Of a DNA stretch of 64,000 bases, positions 1 to 10,009 are shown piece after piece; position 1 is the first letter of the stretch; each line of letters starts with the position of its first letter. Made by a program: the position numbers and the translations under genes. Source of the stretch: an uncultured Candidatus Poseidoniales archaeon (lineage in GTDB: Archaea; Thermoplasmatota; Poseidoniia; Poseidoniales; Thalassarchaeaceae); contig CAYLUC010000004.1 of the NCBI GenBank assembly GCA_964386765.1, forward strand, positions 1,799-65,798, written 5' to 3'. The notes below the pieces were generated by a model. That model saw only the letters and a list, made by a program, of their open reading frames with translations. It was not told the origin of the DNA and searched no databases.

Positions 1-1007
1 ACGGGTGCCCGATGCTCTGGGCGGACGGTCTGACAGTAGATCCTCCAGAGGTTTCTTCGTATCAGGGTGAGTTGACCTTCACTCAGTCAGATTTGGACGA
101 ACGATACCAAGCACTCGCTCCCAAGGGAATAGTGGATCTAGTGGTGATAGGGTGCCCCCAGGCAAGTGTTGGCGAGGCACGCTCCGCGGCAGCATCGGTT
201 AGGGCTAGGATGGAGCTCGGCGAGGCAATACCCGACCAGCGCCTCTGGGTTTTCATGAGCTCGCACAATTACGATTTGATAGCCGCAGATGGAACTCTCG
301 ACATCCTGGAGGAAGCCGGCGCTCTTGTCCTCAAGGACACATGCCCCGAAGTCACACCTTACAATAGGTCAAGGTTCAACCACCTTCTGACGAACTCCCT
401 GAAGGCGGAGCATTACCTCACAAGTGGCCTAAACAGAATGCCAACCAGCGTAGCTAATATTCACGACTGCGTGTCCCATGCCTTCGACCCAGAACTGTTG
501 ACAGGGCCAAGGCCCGTACTGAATCCCAAGGAAGCCAAACCGATGGCCACTTCCAAGACCCACATTTCTGGCGAGCTACTCGTAAGTGGGGTCGGAATAC
601 CAAGTCAGGACTCGTGGGAAGTCTCTGGAAAGGCTTTGGTTACTGACGTCCCAATTACGTATCTCGGTTACGTCAACAGGGACACTGGGGTCATTGAGGA
701 ACCCGGTCACCCCCTGGATGGGACTCCCATTCAGGATACGATTCTGATTTATCCGAAGGGATCGGGTTCCACGGTCGCGCCATTTGTTCTAATGGGGCTA
801 ATCTACACTGGCAGGGGGCCCAAGGCAATCGTGAATCGCGATGTATGCCCACTGACCCTTCCAGCAGCGTCCCTGTTGAATGTCCCATACGCCCATGGAT
901 TCGATGCCGATCCAACAATCGAGGTCAACACCGGAGACGAAGTTCACATGTCTCTCGTCGACGGCAAGGTCTCTCTGACGGCATTGTCCCGTGCGAGCGA
1001 GGGTTGA
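1..1007 (+). CDS. Aconitase X (AcnX) family protein, fused DUF521/DUF126 form; 5' end truncated by the window edge
   Basis: Reading frame is open back to base 3. The C-terminal ~130 aa (GELLVSG...IYPKGSGSTVAPFVLMGLIYTGRGPKAIVNRD) matches the AcnX swivel/small-subunit (DUF126) pattern. The upstream part resembles the DUF521 catalytic domain. Confidence 0.6.
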   Translation, partial: GCPMLWADGLTVDPPEVSSYQGELTFTQSDLDERYQALAPKGIVDLVVIGCPQASVGEARSAAASVRARMELGEAIPDQRLWVFMSSHNYDLIAADGTLDILEEAGALVLKDTCPEVTPYNRSRFNHLLTNSLKAEHYLTSGLNRMPTSVANIHDCVSHAFDPELLTGPRPVLNPKEAKPMATSKTHISGELLVSGVGIPSQDSWEVSGKALVTDVPITYLGYVNRDTGVIEEPGHPLDGTPIQDTILIYPKGSGSTVAPFVLMGLIYTGRGPKAIVNRDVCPLTLPAASLLNVPYAHGFDADPTIEVNTGDEVHMSLVDGKVSLTALSRASEG

Positions 1008-1031
1008 TGACGAAAACGCCCAGCGCAACCC

Positions 1032-3167
1032 ATGGCAAAGCGGCCCGACCCGGATCCTTGCCGGCCACAGGATTTGGGGCTTTTCGAGATTGTGAGCAGG
1101 GACGGCGCAGCCAGAATCGGAAAATTTCACACCAATCACGGTACTCTCACTACCCCTATGCTGTTACCAGTAGTCAACCCCAACTTGAGGACAATAGAAC
1201 CTCGAGAGATGTGGGAGAGATATGGGGTAGACGCCCTGATTACGAACTCATATGTCATTTGGAAGCATGAGAAGCTAAGGTCGCCAGCTTTAGAGAAAGG
1301 AATACACGAACTTCTCGATTTCCCCGGCATCGTAGTAACCGATTCCGGGACGTTCCAGTCGTATGTCTATGGGGATGTCGAAGTCGGGGTCCAGGAGATA
1401 GTGTCATTCCAGAGGGAAATCGGCGTCGATATCGGAACAATGCTAGATGTGTTCGGCCGTCCGGATATGAGCAGGGAAGAGCTAGAGAATGCAGTTTCGG
1501 AGACCTCCCTCAGGGCATCGCCCTCGTTGGACGAGGCGGGCGAACGACTCTTACTCAATGGCCCAATTCAAGGTGGCCTGCACCATGATCTACGTGCTGA
1601 GGCAGGGGGTCTGATGGGCCTCGCTGAGTCAGTTCACAGGGGCTTCGCAGTACATCCAATTGGGGGCATAGTCCCCCTGATGGAGAAGCAGCGATACCGT
1701 GAGCTATTCGGAATTTTACTGGCCTCGAGGTCCACCATACCACGCAATCGCCCGATTCACATGTTCGGATGCGGACACCCCTTGTTGTTCCCACTTTCAA
1801 TCGCGCTGGGGGTGGATCTCTTCGATAGTGCAGCTTACGCCTTGTTTGCTCGGGATGATAGGCTTCTGACCCCTGAAGGAACTGTAAAATTGGAGGGGTT
1901 GCAAGAGTGGCCAACCAACTCATCCGCCCTGTTCGGGAAAACCCCTGCACAGGTCAGAGATATGGAAAGGGACGACAGAACAGTTCTCCTGTCCCATCAC
2001 AATTTGGAAGTAACTCAAGCAGAACTCGCTAGGTGTCGAGAGGCAGTGAGGAATGGCACAATATGGGAGCTCGCAGAAAAAAGAAGCCACTCCTCACCTA
2101 GGCTACGTGAGGCGTTTCTTTGGGTAATTGATGAATTGGAAGAGTTGGAGGATAATGAGGCAGGGAACACGCTCCTCGACTTGATGGCATCTACGAATCC
2201 AGTGAGAAGTGGCGGGGAGCCTATTTCCGATGACATCGACTCAAGGCCACACATACTTCACATGATGGCCCTTATTTCCCTAAGGTGGAGATTACCTGGC
2301 TCTTGGTGGGACGGGTCAAGTGGCCCCCCTGAAAGGGTGGTGGTCCTGGAGGGCACTCCGCCGCCATGGAGAAACACGTGCCTTCACACAGCCATAGCGG
2401 CCCTAATTGAAGTTCCAAAATCGATAGTCGTAATATCTACTCCCGTGGGGGCAATCCCATTCTCCTTCGAGGACGTCTCCCCATTCTGTCACATCGATGG
2501 GCCTGAGGCAATTTGGCTAGACTCTACGGATGATGAGCAGTTGAGGGAGGACTTGGACACACTAGGATTGGGGGGCATCCCCTACGTCCTCCCCACCTCG
2601 GGGGAAATCCCGGAGAACCCCCCTGAGGGGGCGCAAGATGTCAGATTGTGGATGGACAGGTGTTCGGTGGTGGACAAGCTCTCGGTTCTTTGTGCGGTGA
2701 ATCCGGGCGATCTATGTGCGATGACGGAAAATATGGAATCACGAAAATCCAAGACTGACAGAATCATCAATGTCAGTGTTGATGGCGAGCATCTCTTTTC
2801 TCCAAGGCTGACTGACGGGGGGATTTCACTAGCCATAGGGGGAGCTAGAAAGTTGCATTCATTTAACCCCGAACCACCACATAGATTCGACTCGCCTGAA
2901 ACCATCCCTGAGGAAGACCACCCCGGAATCCCCAGGGTGCTACTTTCACAGGACGCCACGCCTTTTGTTGGGAAGGGGAGGAATGTAATGCACGGTTACA
3001 TTGAGGGGGCAGATCCGCACATAACCCCGGGACTGCCCTGCGTCGTCGTCTCATCAGCGGGGGGCCTCATCGCTCACGGAGTCGCACAGGCCACTTCCTT
3101 GGAGATGTCTCTATTCACAAAGGGCATAGCGGTAAAAATCAGGGACGGCGCCCTCAAGGAAGACTGA
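1032..3167 (+). CDS. tgtA: Archaeosine tRNA-guanine transglycosylase (ArcTGT) with C-terminal PUA domain
   Basis: N-terminus FEIVSRDGAARIGKFHTNHGTLTTPMLLPVVNP is the TGT catalytic-barrel signature. The C-terminal ...PFVGKGRNVMHGYIEGADP...GIAVKIRDG block is PUA-like. Its length (711 aa) fits the archaeal multi-domain enzyme. Confidence 0.85.
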   Translation: MAKRPDPDPCRPQDLGLFEIVSRDGAARIGKFHTNHGTLTTPMLLPVVNPNLRTIEPREMWERYGVDALITNSYVIWKHEKLRSPALEKGIHELLDFPGIVVTDSGTFQSYVYGDVEVGVQEIVSFQREIGVDIGTMLDVFGRPDMSREELENAVSETSLRASPSLDEAGERLLLNGPIQGGLHHDLRAEAGGLMGLAESVHRGFAVHPIGGIVPLMEKQRYRELFGILLASRSTIPRNRPIHMFGCGHPLLFPLSIALGVDLFDSAAYALFARDDRLLTPEGTVKLEGLQEWPTNSSALFGKTPAQVRDMERDDRTVLLSHHNLEVTQAELARCREAVRNGTIWELAEKRSHSSPRLREAFLWVIDELEELEDNEAGNTLLDLMASTNPVRSGGEPISDDIDSRPHILHMMALISLRWRLPGSWWDGSSGPPERVVVLEGTPPPWRNTCLHTAIAALIEVPKSIVVISTPVGAIPFSFEDVSPFCHIDGPEAIWLDSTDDEQLREDLDTLGLGGIPYVLPTSGEIPENPPEGAQDVRLWMDRCSVVDKLSVLCAVNPGDLCAMTENMESRKSKTDRIINVSVDGEHLFSPRLTDGGISLAIGGARKLHSFNPEPPHRFDSPETIPEEDHPGIPRVLLSQDATPFVGKGRNVMHGYIEGADPHITPGLPCVVVSSAGGLIAHGVAQATSLEMSLFTKGIAVKIRDGALKED

Positions 3168-3256
3168 CCCAATTTCAGGCCATGAACTTGGAACTATTCG
3201 GGGATTAGTTCAAGAGACGTACCATAGAGCGGGTAACGACTCCCTTTAGGGAGTCG

Positions 3257-4258
3257 GTGGCGACAATGTCTCTTGAATCAACATCTCAGCCGCTGATAGT
3301 GGCGAGCTCCCTGCGCAAGATGTACGGCCCACACCTCGCCCTCGATGATGTAAACCTCACTATTCCTCACGGTGCCACTGGTATTCTGGGTCCGAATGGG
3401 GCTGGCAAATCCACGCTATTCAAATGCATTCTTGGCCTAATAAGGGCAACTTCCGGAGAGGGGAAGGTCCTCAATTTCGATATGAGGACAGAGGGGCATC
3501 TAATCCGTTCGAAAATTGGGTACATGCCAGAGTACGACTCGTTGGACCCCGGATTGAACGCAATCGACCAAGTTCGATACTCTGGGGAATTATTGGGCAT
3601 GAATAGCTCGTCAGCTACCCAGAGGGCGCATGAGGTTCTAGAGTATGTCGGATTGAAAGACCAGAGATACAGGAAGATTGAGACATTCAGCACAGGAATG
3701 AAGCAGGCCACAAAATTGGCATGTGCGCTAGTCCACGACCCCGAAATACTGATTTGCGATGAGCCAACGAACGGCCTAGATCAAAGAGCCAGGAAGTTCA
3801 TGCTCCAGACACTCAGAAAAACCGTGACGGAGGGAGGGCGTTCTGTAATCATGAGCAGCCATGTTATGGACGACGTCCAGGAGGTTTGTGACAGAATCGT
3901 AATGATTCACAAAGGGAGGATCGTCGTCCAGAGAAACATCGATGAATTGGTTAGCCAGGTCGAGGAGGAAATCGAAATCTCAGTCTGGGGAGGGGCTTCT
4001 GAAATGGAATCGCAACTCGATTCAATGGGAATGTCTGTGCGAAGACTTGGAAGAAATATGAGAGTCTCAAAGGAGAGCGATGAAACATACTCCCGGATTA
4101 TGGAAGCAGCTTCCGCCTGTGGCGTACAGGTAAGGAAGATGACCGACTACGAGCCCGATTTGGAGGACATCTTCCTCCTCATTATGGATAAGCTCGGTGA
4201 AGGGGTGAAGGGCACTGACGACCTCATGACGGATGACCATATGGGGGTCTCATCTTGA
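3257..4258 (+). CDS. ABC transporter ATP-binding protein (ABC-2 subfamily)
   Basis: Walker A GPNGAGKST, signature/Walker B region ...CDEPTNGLD, and H-loop SSHVMDD. Confidence 0.85.
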   Translation: MATMSLESTSQPLIVASSLRKMYGPHLALDDVNLTIPHGATGILGPNGAGKSTLFKCILGLIRATSGEGKVLNFDMRTEGHLIRSKIGYMPEYDSLDPGLNAIDQVRYSGELLGMNSSSATQRAHEVLEYVGLKDQRYRKIETFSTGMKQATKLACALVHDPEILICDEPTNGLDQRARKFMLQTLRKTVTEGGRSVIMSSHVMDDVQEVCDRIVMIHKGRIVVQRNIDELVSQVEEEIEISVWGGASEMESQLDSMGMSVRRLGRNMRVSKESDETYSRIMEAASACGVQVRKMTDYEPDLEDIFLLIMDKLGEGVKGTDDLMTDDHMGVSS

Positions 4259-5268
4259 GTGAAGATTTGGACATCTCTGGTGGCATCACCCGGATGGAAT
4301 CAGCATTCGGTTCGGGAGATGGCGATCAGGACGCGAAGGCCACAGTTGCTCAGAACGCAGAAATTAAGGGGGCTATTTTCGAACAGTCTTACCGGCCATG
4401 GAGGGGCCCCCTGGGTCCTCGATGGGTACGAAATTACTCTATCTTCAGACACCATGTGTATGGTCTATTCTCATCCAAGGGGCACCGAAACTACCCAGTC
4501 ATGGTCAGATTGACTATCTTGGGAATTTTCCTTTTCTCACTTTCTCCGGTCGCCATGCTTTTCCTGGCCTCAATGGGGGGGAGCGGGGAATTAGGCGATA
4601 TCCTGTCTAGGATGTGGGGGATTAATCGTTACAACCTGTGGGGGCAGGTCCTGGGTTTCTTCCCCCGGAACATGTGTATGTGGCCACTACTCACTGCATT
4701 AGTCGTCGGAGGGATGATTTCAGATGACAGGAGCAATGGCACCAGTGCAATTTACTTCTCCAGACCAGTCACCAGGATAGACTACACTGCCATGAAGTTC
4801 GTTAGTTCCGCAGTGGTTCTTGGATTCGTGATAGTATTCTCCTATCTTCTCTACTACACCAGTGCAATAGTGTTCAGGGGAGAGGGATGGGCATTTCTTA
4901 TCGACACATTCCCAATGTTCCTAGGTGGGCTATTAGCAGGAATCCTACTCGTCATAACCTACACATCAATAGGTCTAGCCCTGTCCAGCATTAGCCAAAG
5001 CAGATTTTTCGCCGGTGTCGCATTCCTAGCTACAATATACGGAACAAAAATGGTCGCATTCCTAATTGAATCACAGTTCGACTCCTCCATATTGTACATA
5101 TTTAGCCCGTATGATGTGTTGGCACACATCGGCCAATGGCTCATAGGGATAGAATCGAATTATGATCACTCCCTTTCCTTCTCGGTTGTCTCGCTTCTCC
5201 TGATGAATGGAATCTCAATTACATTGCTTGCTAGTAGGGTAAGCTCTCTGGAGGTGACCAGGGAATGA
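4255..5268 (+). CDS. ABC-2 type transporter permease
   Basis: TTG start overlaps the upstream stop. Six or more hydrophobic helices; typical partner position for the ABC ATPase. Confidence 0.65.
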   Translation: MSEDLDISGGITRMESAFGSGDGDQDAKATVAQNAEIKGAIFEQSYRPWRGPLGPRWVRNYSIFRHHVYGLFSSKGHRNYPVMVRLTILGIFLFSLSPVAMLFLASMGGSGELGDILSRMWGINRYNLWGQVLGFFPRNMCMWPLLTALVVGGMISDDRSNGTSAIYFSRPVTRIDYTAMKFVSSAVVLGFVIVFSYLLYYTSAIVFRGEGWAFLIDTFPMFLGGLLAGILLVITYTSIGLALSSISQSRFFAGVAFLATIYGTKMVAFLIESQFDSSILYIFSPYDVLAHIGQWLIGIESNYDHSLSFSVVSLLLMNGISITLLASRVSSLEVTRE

Positions 5269-6200
5269 GTACGGAGACGCCGGCAGTGATACTTGAGTCA
5301 GTATCGAAATGGTATGGCGAAGTTATTGGGGTGAATGACATATCTCTGGCTATTGATGGGGGAGTCACAGGAGTTCTCGGGCCAAACGGCGCTGGGAAAT
5401 CCACCATGTTCAAGCTTCTACTGGGGCGACTAAAGCCGAGCCAGGGGGAGGTCAAGCTTTTCGGTACCGACCCATGGAAGAGCACGGCCCCCTTCAGGAG
5501 GGTCGGCTATGTCAGCGAAACCGAGCCACTCTACGAGTGGATGACTGGACTGGACTTTGTTTCCACTATGGCCAGACTACACGGAATGACAAGGGAGGAG
5601 GCAATAAACCGTGCCGAGCACGTCCTCGAGTTCGTCGGCCTTTCCGACGTTCGCCACAAGGAGGTAGGCAAGTACAGCAAGGGGATGAGGCAGAGGGTGA
5701 AAATAGCGCACGCACTCGTCCATGACCCAGATTTGATAATCCTCGATGAGCCGCTTCATGGGTGCGACCCTCTGGCCAGAACCAGCATTATGAGTGTAAT
5801 CAGGGAGCTTGGAAACCGGGGAAAAACCGTCATCGTCTCTAGCCACATTCTAGAGGAGATCGAGAGAATAACCGAGCAAATCGTCATCCTCCATAATGGG
5901 AGGCTGCTGGCTCTGGGTAACCTCCATGCAATCAGGGGGCTCCTTGACAAGCACCCTCACAGGATTCTAATTGAAACGGAGTCGCCAAGGGAACTGGCAG
6001 AGGCATTCATATCCCGAGAGCCAGTTTATGGGGTGAGGTTCCCCAACCCCGGATTCCTGGAGATTCAGACCAGCGACTTATCTGCCGCCCACTCAATATT
6101 GCCACAGGTGATAGTGGATTCTGGAATCAAGGTCCGTTCGGTGGAGAACCCAGATGATAACCTGGATTCCTTGCTAGGATATCTGGTAGGGGGTGACTAG
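5265..6200 (+). CDS. ABC transporter ATP-binding protein (second copy)
   Basis: Walker A GPNGAGKST, and LDEPLHGCDPLA Walker B region. Confidence 0.85.
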   Translation: MSTETPAVILESVSKWYGEVIGVNDISLAIDGGVTGVLGPNGAGKSTMFKLLLGRLKPSQGEVKLFGTDPWKSTAPFRRVGYVSETEPLYEWMTGLDFVSTMARLHGMTREEAINRAEHVLEFVGLSDVRHKEVGKYSKGMRQRVKIAHALVHDPDLIILDEPLHGCDPLARTSIMSVIRELGNRGKTVIVSSHILEEIERITEQIVILHNGRLLALGNLHAIRGLLDKHPHRILIETESPRELAEAFISREPVYGVRFPNPGFLEIQTSDLSAAHSILPQVIVDSGIKVRSVENPDDNLDSLLGYLVGGD

Positions 6201-7847
6201 TTGGATTCTCAAGGAAGGGGCCTAAGTGAAAGCGTCTGGACAAGCCTCGACAGAAAGGCCGGGGCAGTGGTGGAGTTAACTGTCCGACAACTCAAGAACA
6301 AGGTTTCCACATGGGCTGTACTTGGTCTCGGGACGCTTCTAATGGTCCTACTACTGGTTTTCTATATCGATTCAGTGCGGGATGGTTTCGAGTCAATCGA
6401 CAATGATGGCGACAGTGTCGATATGGACAATGATGGATACCCGATGGGCCAAGAAAGGAAGTACGGAACCAGCGACTGGGACGGCGAATCATTCCCGGGG
6501 TCAGGAAATTTCATCTGGGAGGGGCAAATAGACTGGAATGACCCTGAACGAACGGTCAGTGGAAACAAGACATGGGAAGGACAGGCAATCCTGGACGCTA
6601 CTTGGATAGACTATGATTACACCGGGGGGATGTGGAGCAACATCATCGATTGGGAAACTTACGAATCAAACGATTGCGACGAAGGAACACCATTCGAAGA
6701 CTGGTGGCTCCCCTACGCATCTTCGTGTTTGCAGGAAGACGGGACATATGCCTTCAATGGCAGAGTGAGGGCATCGGGCCAACTGTATGTTCCAGAGGGA
6801 TCTTACCTTTCATGGGGAATATTCACCGAAGTTTTCTATGTGGAACCAGACCCCCCTGAGATGTACATAGACGAGGACGGAATCGACTGGATAGAAGGGG
6901 ATTCTGGCAGTCAGGGATTTGATGACGACGGGGACTGCCTCAGGATAGGATGGATAACGGGGGAAGACTTCTCCGAATACCACGAACCAGATGCGAATCG
7001 CAATGGGATACCTTGTGATGTTGTCTGGGTCGTGGACCCGGTAACGGGGGAGGTTACTTACATCGATCCCGATGACTATGTCGATGAGGACCCAGTGGAC
7101 GAGGAGTATGCTGGCGAGTCATCACACAGGGCATTCGTAATAGCCTCGGGGAAGATAGCCTTCGTCCTGCTATTGGGCCTCTTCCTGCCACTATTCTTGG
7201 CCCTTGGTCTGGTGAGGGATGAGACTGAAAGGGGCACCTTGCATTACCTGCTTTCAAAGCCGATACATCGAGGAGAGTTCATTTTCTACAGAGTTCTTGG
7301 TTACATGGCAGTTGTTTCGTCGTTCGTCATCGCCCTCGCATTGATCATGGCACTGGTAACTTCTCTTATTGGCCCGGGTGATGAACTGATCAGGTTCGGC
7401 GACTTCCCAGTTTGGATGGGAATAGCAGCGGCAACAATTCTGGTACTTGCCGCATACGGGTCATTATTCAACACGATTGGTTTGATAATGCCGAAGTATG
7501 GGGTGTACCTCTGTATCATCATAGGGGTTTGGGAGTTTGCGATGGGTTTCACCAGTCTCTTCGCTCCAGAATCCCCCGTCACATCCCTGTCTATTTCACA
7601 CTGGGGGCTACAGGTAGTTGACGCCACAGTTCTAGCTGCATGGCCTGACACCTTGCAGTACTCTCAGATGTCGGAGGCCTTCGGTATTGATACGGGACTG
7701 CAGTGGATTTGGAAACCACCTGTGCACACCCTCGGGACGGGAAATCCGTACATTTCTATTGTGACCTCCATAACATTCCTAGCAATTATTTCTGGAGTTC
7801 TAATTTCAATGGGGAGCGCCATCTTCCGTAGGAAGGAGATAATGTGA
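6201..7847 (+). CDS. ABC-2 type permease with ~280-aa acidic extracytoplasmic domain between TM1 and the TM bundle
   Basis: TTG start. One N-terminal TM, a long D/E/W-rich domain containing DNDGDSVDMDNDGY, then multiple C-terminal TM helices. Confidence 0.6.
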   Translation: MDSQGRGLSESVWTSLDRKAGAVVELTVRQLKNKVSTWAVLGLGTLLMVLLLVFYIDSVRDGFESIDNDGDSVDMDNDGYPMGQERKYGTSDWDGESFPGSGNFIWEGQIDWNDPERTVSGNKTWEGQAILDATWIDYDYTGGMWSNIIDWETYESNDCDEGTPFEDWWLPYASSCLQEDGTYAFNGRVRASGQLYVPEGSYLSWGIFTEVFYVEPDPPEMYIDEDGIDWIEGDSGSQGFDDDGDCLRIGWITGEDFSEYHEPDANRNGIPCDVVWVVDPVTGEVTYIDPDDYVDEDPVDEEYAGESSHRAFVIASGKIAFVLLLGLFLPLFLALGLVRDETERGTLHYLLSKPIHRGEFIFYRVLGYMAVVSSFVIALALIMALVTSLIGPGDELIRFGDFPVWMGIAAATILVLAAYGSLFNTIGLIMPKYGVYLCIIIGVWEFAMGFTSLFAPESPVTSLSISHWGLQVVDATVLAAWPDTLQYSQMSEAFGIDTGLQWIWKPPVHTLGTGNPYISIVTSITFLAIISGVLISMGSAIFRRKEIM

Positions 7848-7856
7848 GGTATTGAG

Positions 7857-9053
7857 ATGGAGTCCATCAATCAGAATTTCAAGGGGGACTTCTCGTCCCT
7901 ATGGAGATTGGATGTAATGCCTCCGATCAGGAGGCTGTCCTGGTGGTGGTGGTGGGCCCTGATATTGATTCCAGATCCAGATAACCCATCTAGGTCTAAG
8001 CAACTTATGGTATTGTGGTCGACCAAGGACACACCGGCAATCAGGGTTAGCGGCCATTGGTGGAAGCCCGGAAAGAAGATGATGGTCGATGAAGAAGGGG
8101 GCCAGGTGTTGCCGGGAATGGTGTGTGCGTGGTGGTATGACGGAGAGGAGATGTACGAGCCACTAGTTATGCGTGAGTGCAGGATGGCGAGCATTCCAGA
8201 TACTCACTCCCTATGGCCGGGAGGGGGAGAGGGGAAAGGAGCAGGCGCAGTAGTCCCACTTACCTCAGAGGACATGTCCCTGGGGATGACTCCCGGAAAC
8301 GAGTCATTCTGGATCAATCTGACCAGTGACCAGGAAGCACGCTCCAAGGGGGCGCCAAAGTCATTCGAAGCTGAATTGACCCCCTGGTGGGGCCCACCCA
8401 GTGAACTAACGTATAGGAACAACGTTTACTTCCTTGGGATGGGCTATGACATTCTCAGGCTGCAGGCCACGAAGTGCAAACTCACGGTCGATGGAGAGGA
8501 AATGGAAGGGACCGGATATTTCCAGAAAGTCACAGTCCAGGCCCCGTCCTTCCCATGGTTCTGGGGTATGCTACACTTCGATGATGGCTCATACCTAGAT
8601 TGGTTCATGCCTCACTTTTCCCCCATGTGGACAGCGACGGACGACACCCCATGGAGGCTCCGTGATTTCTTTAGGAAGCCAAACATAGGGACCGGGGTCT
8701 TCCATGATAGGAAGGGTGGCAAAACCCACAACTTCGACAACTGCAAAGTAAAACTGTCGATGCCAACAGAGGAGGATTCATTGAGGGACAATGACGGCAA
8801 TGTCCTACCTCGATTCAATGTGAGGGTCTGGAACGAGGATGCGAGTGCTACTATCCAAGTCAGGGCCGTGAACAGGGCGAAGTGGATTTTCGATCAGCCA
8901 ACAAGGGCATCGTGGGTGAGCCATCTGACTTACAATGAATATCCCCTCGAGGTCGAATCGATCGTTTTCGAGGAAGGATCCGAAGTCAGGTCAATGGAAG
9001 ATTACCAGTGGATTCATGGAAACGCCGAACATGCATGGGGAGTACTACACTAG
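7857..9053 (+). CDS. Hypothetical Trp-rich protein with an N-terminal signal-anchor; possible CrtC/AttH-like lipocalin-fold hydratase homolog (speculative)
   Basis: Hydrophobic stretch LSWWWWWALILIP, then a W/F/Y-rich soluble domain with LHFDDGSYLDWF and DYQWIHGNAEHAWG blocks. No firm family assignment is possible by eye. Confidence 0.45.
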   Translation: MESINQNFKGDFSSLWRLDVMPPIRRLSWWWWWALILIPDPDNPSRSKQLMVLWSTKDTPAIRVSGHWWKPGKKMMVDEEGGQVLPGMVCAWWYDGEEMYEPLVMRECRMASIPDTHSLWPGGGEGKGAGAVVPLTSEDMSLGMTPGNESFWINLTSDQEARSKGAPKSFEAELTPWWGPPSELTYRNNVYFLGMGYDILRLQATKCKLTVDGEEMEGTGYFQKVTVQAPSFPWFWGMLHFDDGSYLDWFMPHFSPMWTATDDTPWRLRDFFRKPNIGTGVFHDRKGGKTHNFDNCKVKLSMPTEEDSLRDNDGNVLPRFNVRVWNEDASATIQVRAVNRAKWIFDQPTRASWVSHLTYNEYPLEVESIVFEEGSEVRSMEDYQWIHGNAEHAWGVLH

Positions 9054-9063
9054 AGGTGATATA

Positions 9064-9957
9064 ATGAGTGATTTCGTGAATAAATACAGACAAAATGTGG
9101 ATGAAGAAGAAGTCCGTTCTAGATTCAGCGAGATTACCGATTCGGAGACCCCAATATGGTCTGGAAGCCCATCTGCCATGTCTATGCTTGGCAGATATCT
9201 TCTGGCAGCATTGGTCCTACTTGTCCACTTGGTGTTCTTCTGGGCAGCAAAGTTTGAGGATGTGGATGGGGAGGGGAATCTGAATCTTGTAGTGGGCCTG
9301 GCCAAGGTTATCTTGGACATCTCTGGGGTCTTCGGCTTCGTCATAGTGATGATGATAATAGCCAAGATTAATCACTATCTGAACGTTTCAACTTCCGGAG
9401 GTTGGACGACCTCATGGCTGGTTCTCAATGGCTCCGTCCCATTCATTATTGTGATACTTGACTGGTCCGGCAAGATACTCGGTAATTTCTTCGAAAACGT
9501 CCCAGACACCCCGATGTGGCTTGACTGGTATTACCCACTACTGGGAATCCTGTCATCTTCGTTCGCCATAGGGATGACTACACACTATCGCAACTCTTTC
9601 CAATATGCCATCACGGATAGAAGGGTCCACATCAGGAAGAAGTTCCTTTATTTCGACACAAGTTCTGTTGGGATTCCCTTCGACAAGGTGGAGAACCTGA
9701 AAGTAGATCCGCCCATAATTGGAAAGATGCTGGGTTTTGGTAGTTTGCACGTCATTACAGACGGCGGAGTGAGCGATGACCAAATGCAAACCGCCATGGA
9801 AGAAGCGCCTGCTAGAGGGGCGTTCGGATTTCTAACTGGATGGTTTTCTGCCCAAAGGAAGGCGGATTTTCCCGACGACCCAAGTTCATGCCTTTATGCA
9901 ATCAATGAGCCAATGGAGGTCTACAGACTAATCAACGAGCTAATGGACGATAGATAG
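9064..9957 (+). CDS. Membrane protein with bacterial-type PH domain (YdbS/YdbT-like, DUF304-like)
   Basis: Several TM helices followed by ...RRVHIRKKFLYFDTSSVGIPFDKVENLKVDPPIIGKMLGFGSLHVITDGG, typical of bPH_2 domains. The listed ORF start at 8935 overlaps the upstream gene, so the ATG at 9064 was chosen. Confidence 0.5.
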   Translation: MSDFVNKYRQNVDEEEVRSRFSEITDSETPIWSGSPSAMSMLGRYLLAALVLLVHLVFFWAAKFEDVDGEGNLNLVVGLAKVILDISGVFGFVIVMMIIAKINHYLNVSTSGGWTTSWLVLNGSVPFIIVILDWSGKILGNFFENVPDTPMWLDWYYPLLGILSSSFAIGMTTHYRNSFQYAITDRRVHIRKKFLYFDTSSVGIPFDKVENLKVDPPIIGKMLGFGSLHVITDGGVSDDQMQTAMEEAPARGAFGFLTGWFSAQRKADFPDDPSSCLYAINEPMEVYRLINELMDDR

Positions 9958-10009
9958 CCCCCATCCGCACCGTTCATAACCCAATTACTTCCGATACACT
10001 CCCAGAGGG

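Noticed and set aside
798-1270. Overlapping ORFs (113 aa on the minus strand, 141 aa on the plus strand) across the AcnX/tgtA junction
   Set aside because: They lie inside or across two well-supported genes and have Arg-rich low-complexity translations. They are considered spurious.
3228-3250. Inverted repeat CGACTCCC-TTTA-GGGAGTCG just upstream of the first ABC ATPase start
   Set aside because: It is a short 8-bp stem with no flanking T-tract or conserved box. It could be a minor RNA structure, but evidence is insufficient to call a terminator or regulatory site.
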